A DNA stretch of 64,000 bases from assembly GCF_018977255.1 (NCBI RefSeq), contig NW_024704742.1, positions 130,016,001 through 130,080,000 of the forward strand, written 5' to 3'. The translations under genes and the position numbers were made by a program. Origin of the DNA: Callorhinchus milii. Taxonomy: Eukaryota. The notes beneath the pieces were generated by a model. It made no database searches. It was given only the letters and a program-made list of their open reading frames with translations, and was not told where the DNA came from. Shown here piece by piece: positions 62,970 to 64,000 of the stretch; within the stretch, counting starts at the first letter, position 1; every line of letters begins with the position of its first letter.

Positions 62970-64000
62970 TTATCATTAACTACTGCCCCATCTACAATCT
63001 TCCTTTCCGAGGTTCTTGAAAGAGTTGTTGCTTCCCAGCTTCACTCCTTCCTCTCCTGCCACTCTCTTTACGAACCCCTCCAATCGGGTTTCTGTGCTGC
63101 CCACAGTAAGGTGATAAATGACATTCTGTGACAAGGGCTCCCTCTGTCTCCTTGTCCTCCTCAACCTTTCTGCTGCCTTTGACACTGTGGACTACTCTAT
63201 CCTCCTCCACCACCTCTCCTCTCACCTTAATCTTCAGGGTTCTGTCGTCGAATGGTTCAGATCCTATCACTCGCACCAGCTCCACTTTGTATCCACAAAT
63301 GGCTTCTCCGCCAGCTCCTGCACTGTCTTGTGCAGTGTTCCTCAGGGCTCTGTCCTCGGTCCTCTCCTCTTCAACTTGTACATGCTCCCTCTTGGTGATA
63401 TCAACCACAGCCACGGGGTCAACTTCCCCATGTATGCGGATGACATCTAACTCTATTTCTCGGCCTCCAACTCAATCACAGGACCACTGATGTCCTGACA
63501 GAATGTTTGTTAGACATCAAGTCCTGGATGAGAGCCAACTTTCTACAGTTGAACGTCAGCAAGACCGAGACTCTCCTGATTGGTTTCTGGCAGCGCCTCT
63601 GCACCTTAAGCACTGGCAGTATCAGCATACAAGGATGCACACTCCACCTTCCCAAGCCAGTCAGGAACCTAGGTATCTTGTTCGACCGTCCTTTCTTCCC
63701 CACATCCATGCCATGACCCGCTCTGCCTTCCCCTACCTTTACAATATTGCCCGACTCCGCCACTGCCTCACCCCCCCAGGCTGCCAAAATCCTCATACAT
63801 GCCTTTATTACAACCAGGCTTGACTGTGCCGATGCCCTGTCCATCAGCCTTCCCATCTCTTCCCTCCACAAGCTGCAGATCATTCAGAACTCTGCAGCTC
63901 GTTTCCTCTCCTGCACCAGGCTCCGTGACCCTGTCACCCCCAGCCTCACTCGGCTCCACTGGCTCCCCATCCCTCAGAGAACTGAGTTGAAAATTCTCGT
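62970..64000 (+). mobile_element. L2-clade LINE (RT region; runs off the right edge)
   Basis: [38 protein letters not shown]. Confidence 0.9.

Noticed and set aside
56124..64000. First exon or CpG-island promoter of the gene
   Set aside because: No clear CpG island or unambiguous exon; isolated donor-like motifs near 60113 and 61880 are insufficient.
1..64000. Intronic snoRNA or miRNA genes
   Set aside because: No convincing C/D or H/ACA box arrangement or non-repeat hairpin seen by eye; an Rfam scan would be needed to exclude them.

Overview
Eukaryotic (vertebrate) genomic DNA. The window lies entirely inside a talin gene on the minus strand, best called TLN1 from F0/F2 indels and F3 motifs. 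I traced 37 consecutive coding exons, from the ATG at 56098 to an exon ending at 284. They total 5085 nt (1695 codons) in an unbroken frame, covering the FERM head F0-F3, the linker, rod R1-R8 and the start of R9. The gene continues off the left edge, and the first 5'UTR exon/promoter is not recognisable in the window. Introns are rich in a tRNA-Ala-derived DeuSINE, older SacSINE1-like DeuSINEs, and L2 and CR1 LINE fragments; this repeat set suggests a cartilaginous fish, probably a chimaera (inference). Main observations: (1) candidate in-frame microexon(s) in the intron after Gln665, the position of the human TLN1 cassette exon 17b; (2) three independent retroelement insertions at the identical ATAT site of pre-existing SINE tails; (3) an exact 74-bp copy of the end of coding exon 12 that forms a potential poison pseudo-exon; (4) a GC-AG intron; (5) talin-2-like Ser336 and loss of the CDK1 Ser-Pro site in a talin-1 scaffold; (6) a SINE/L2 shared 3' hairpin with a compensatory base-pair change. 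Repeat boundaries are approximate and family names are by recognition, not by database search.
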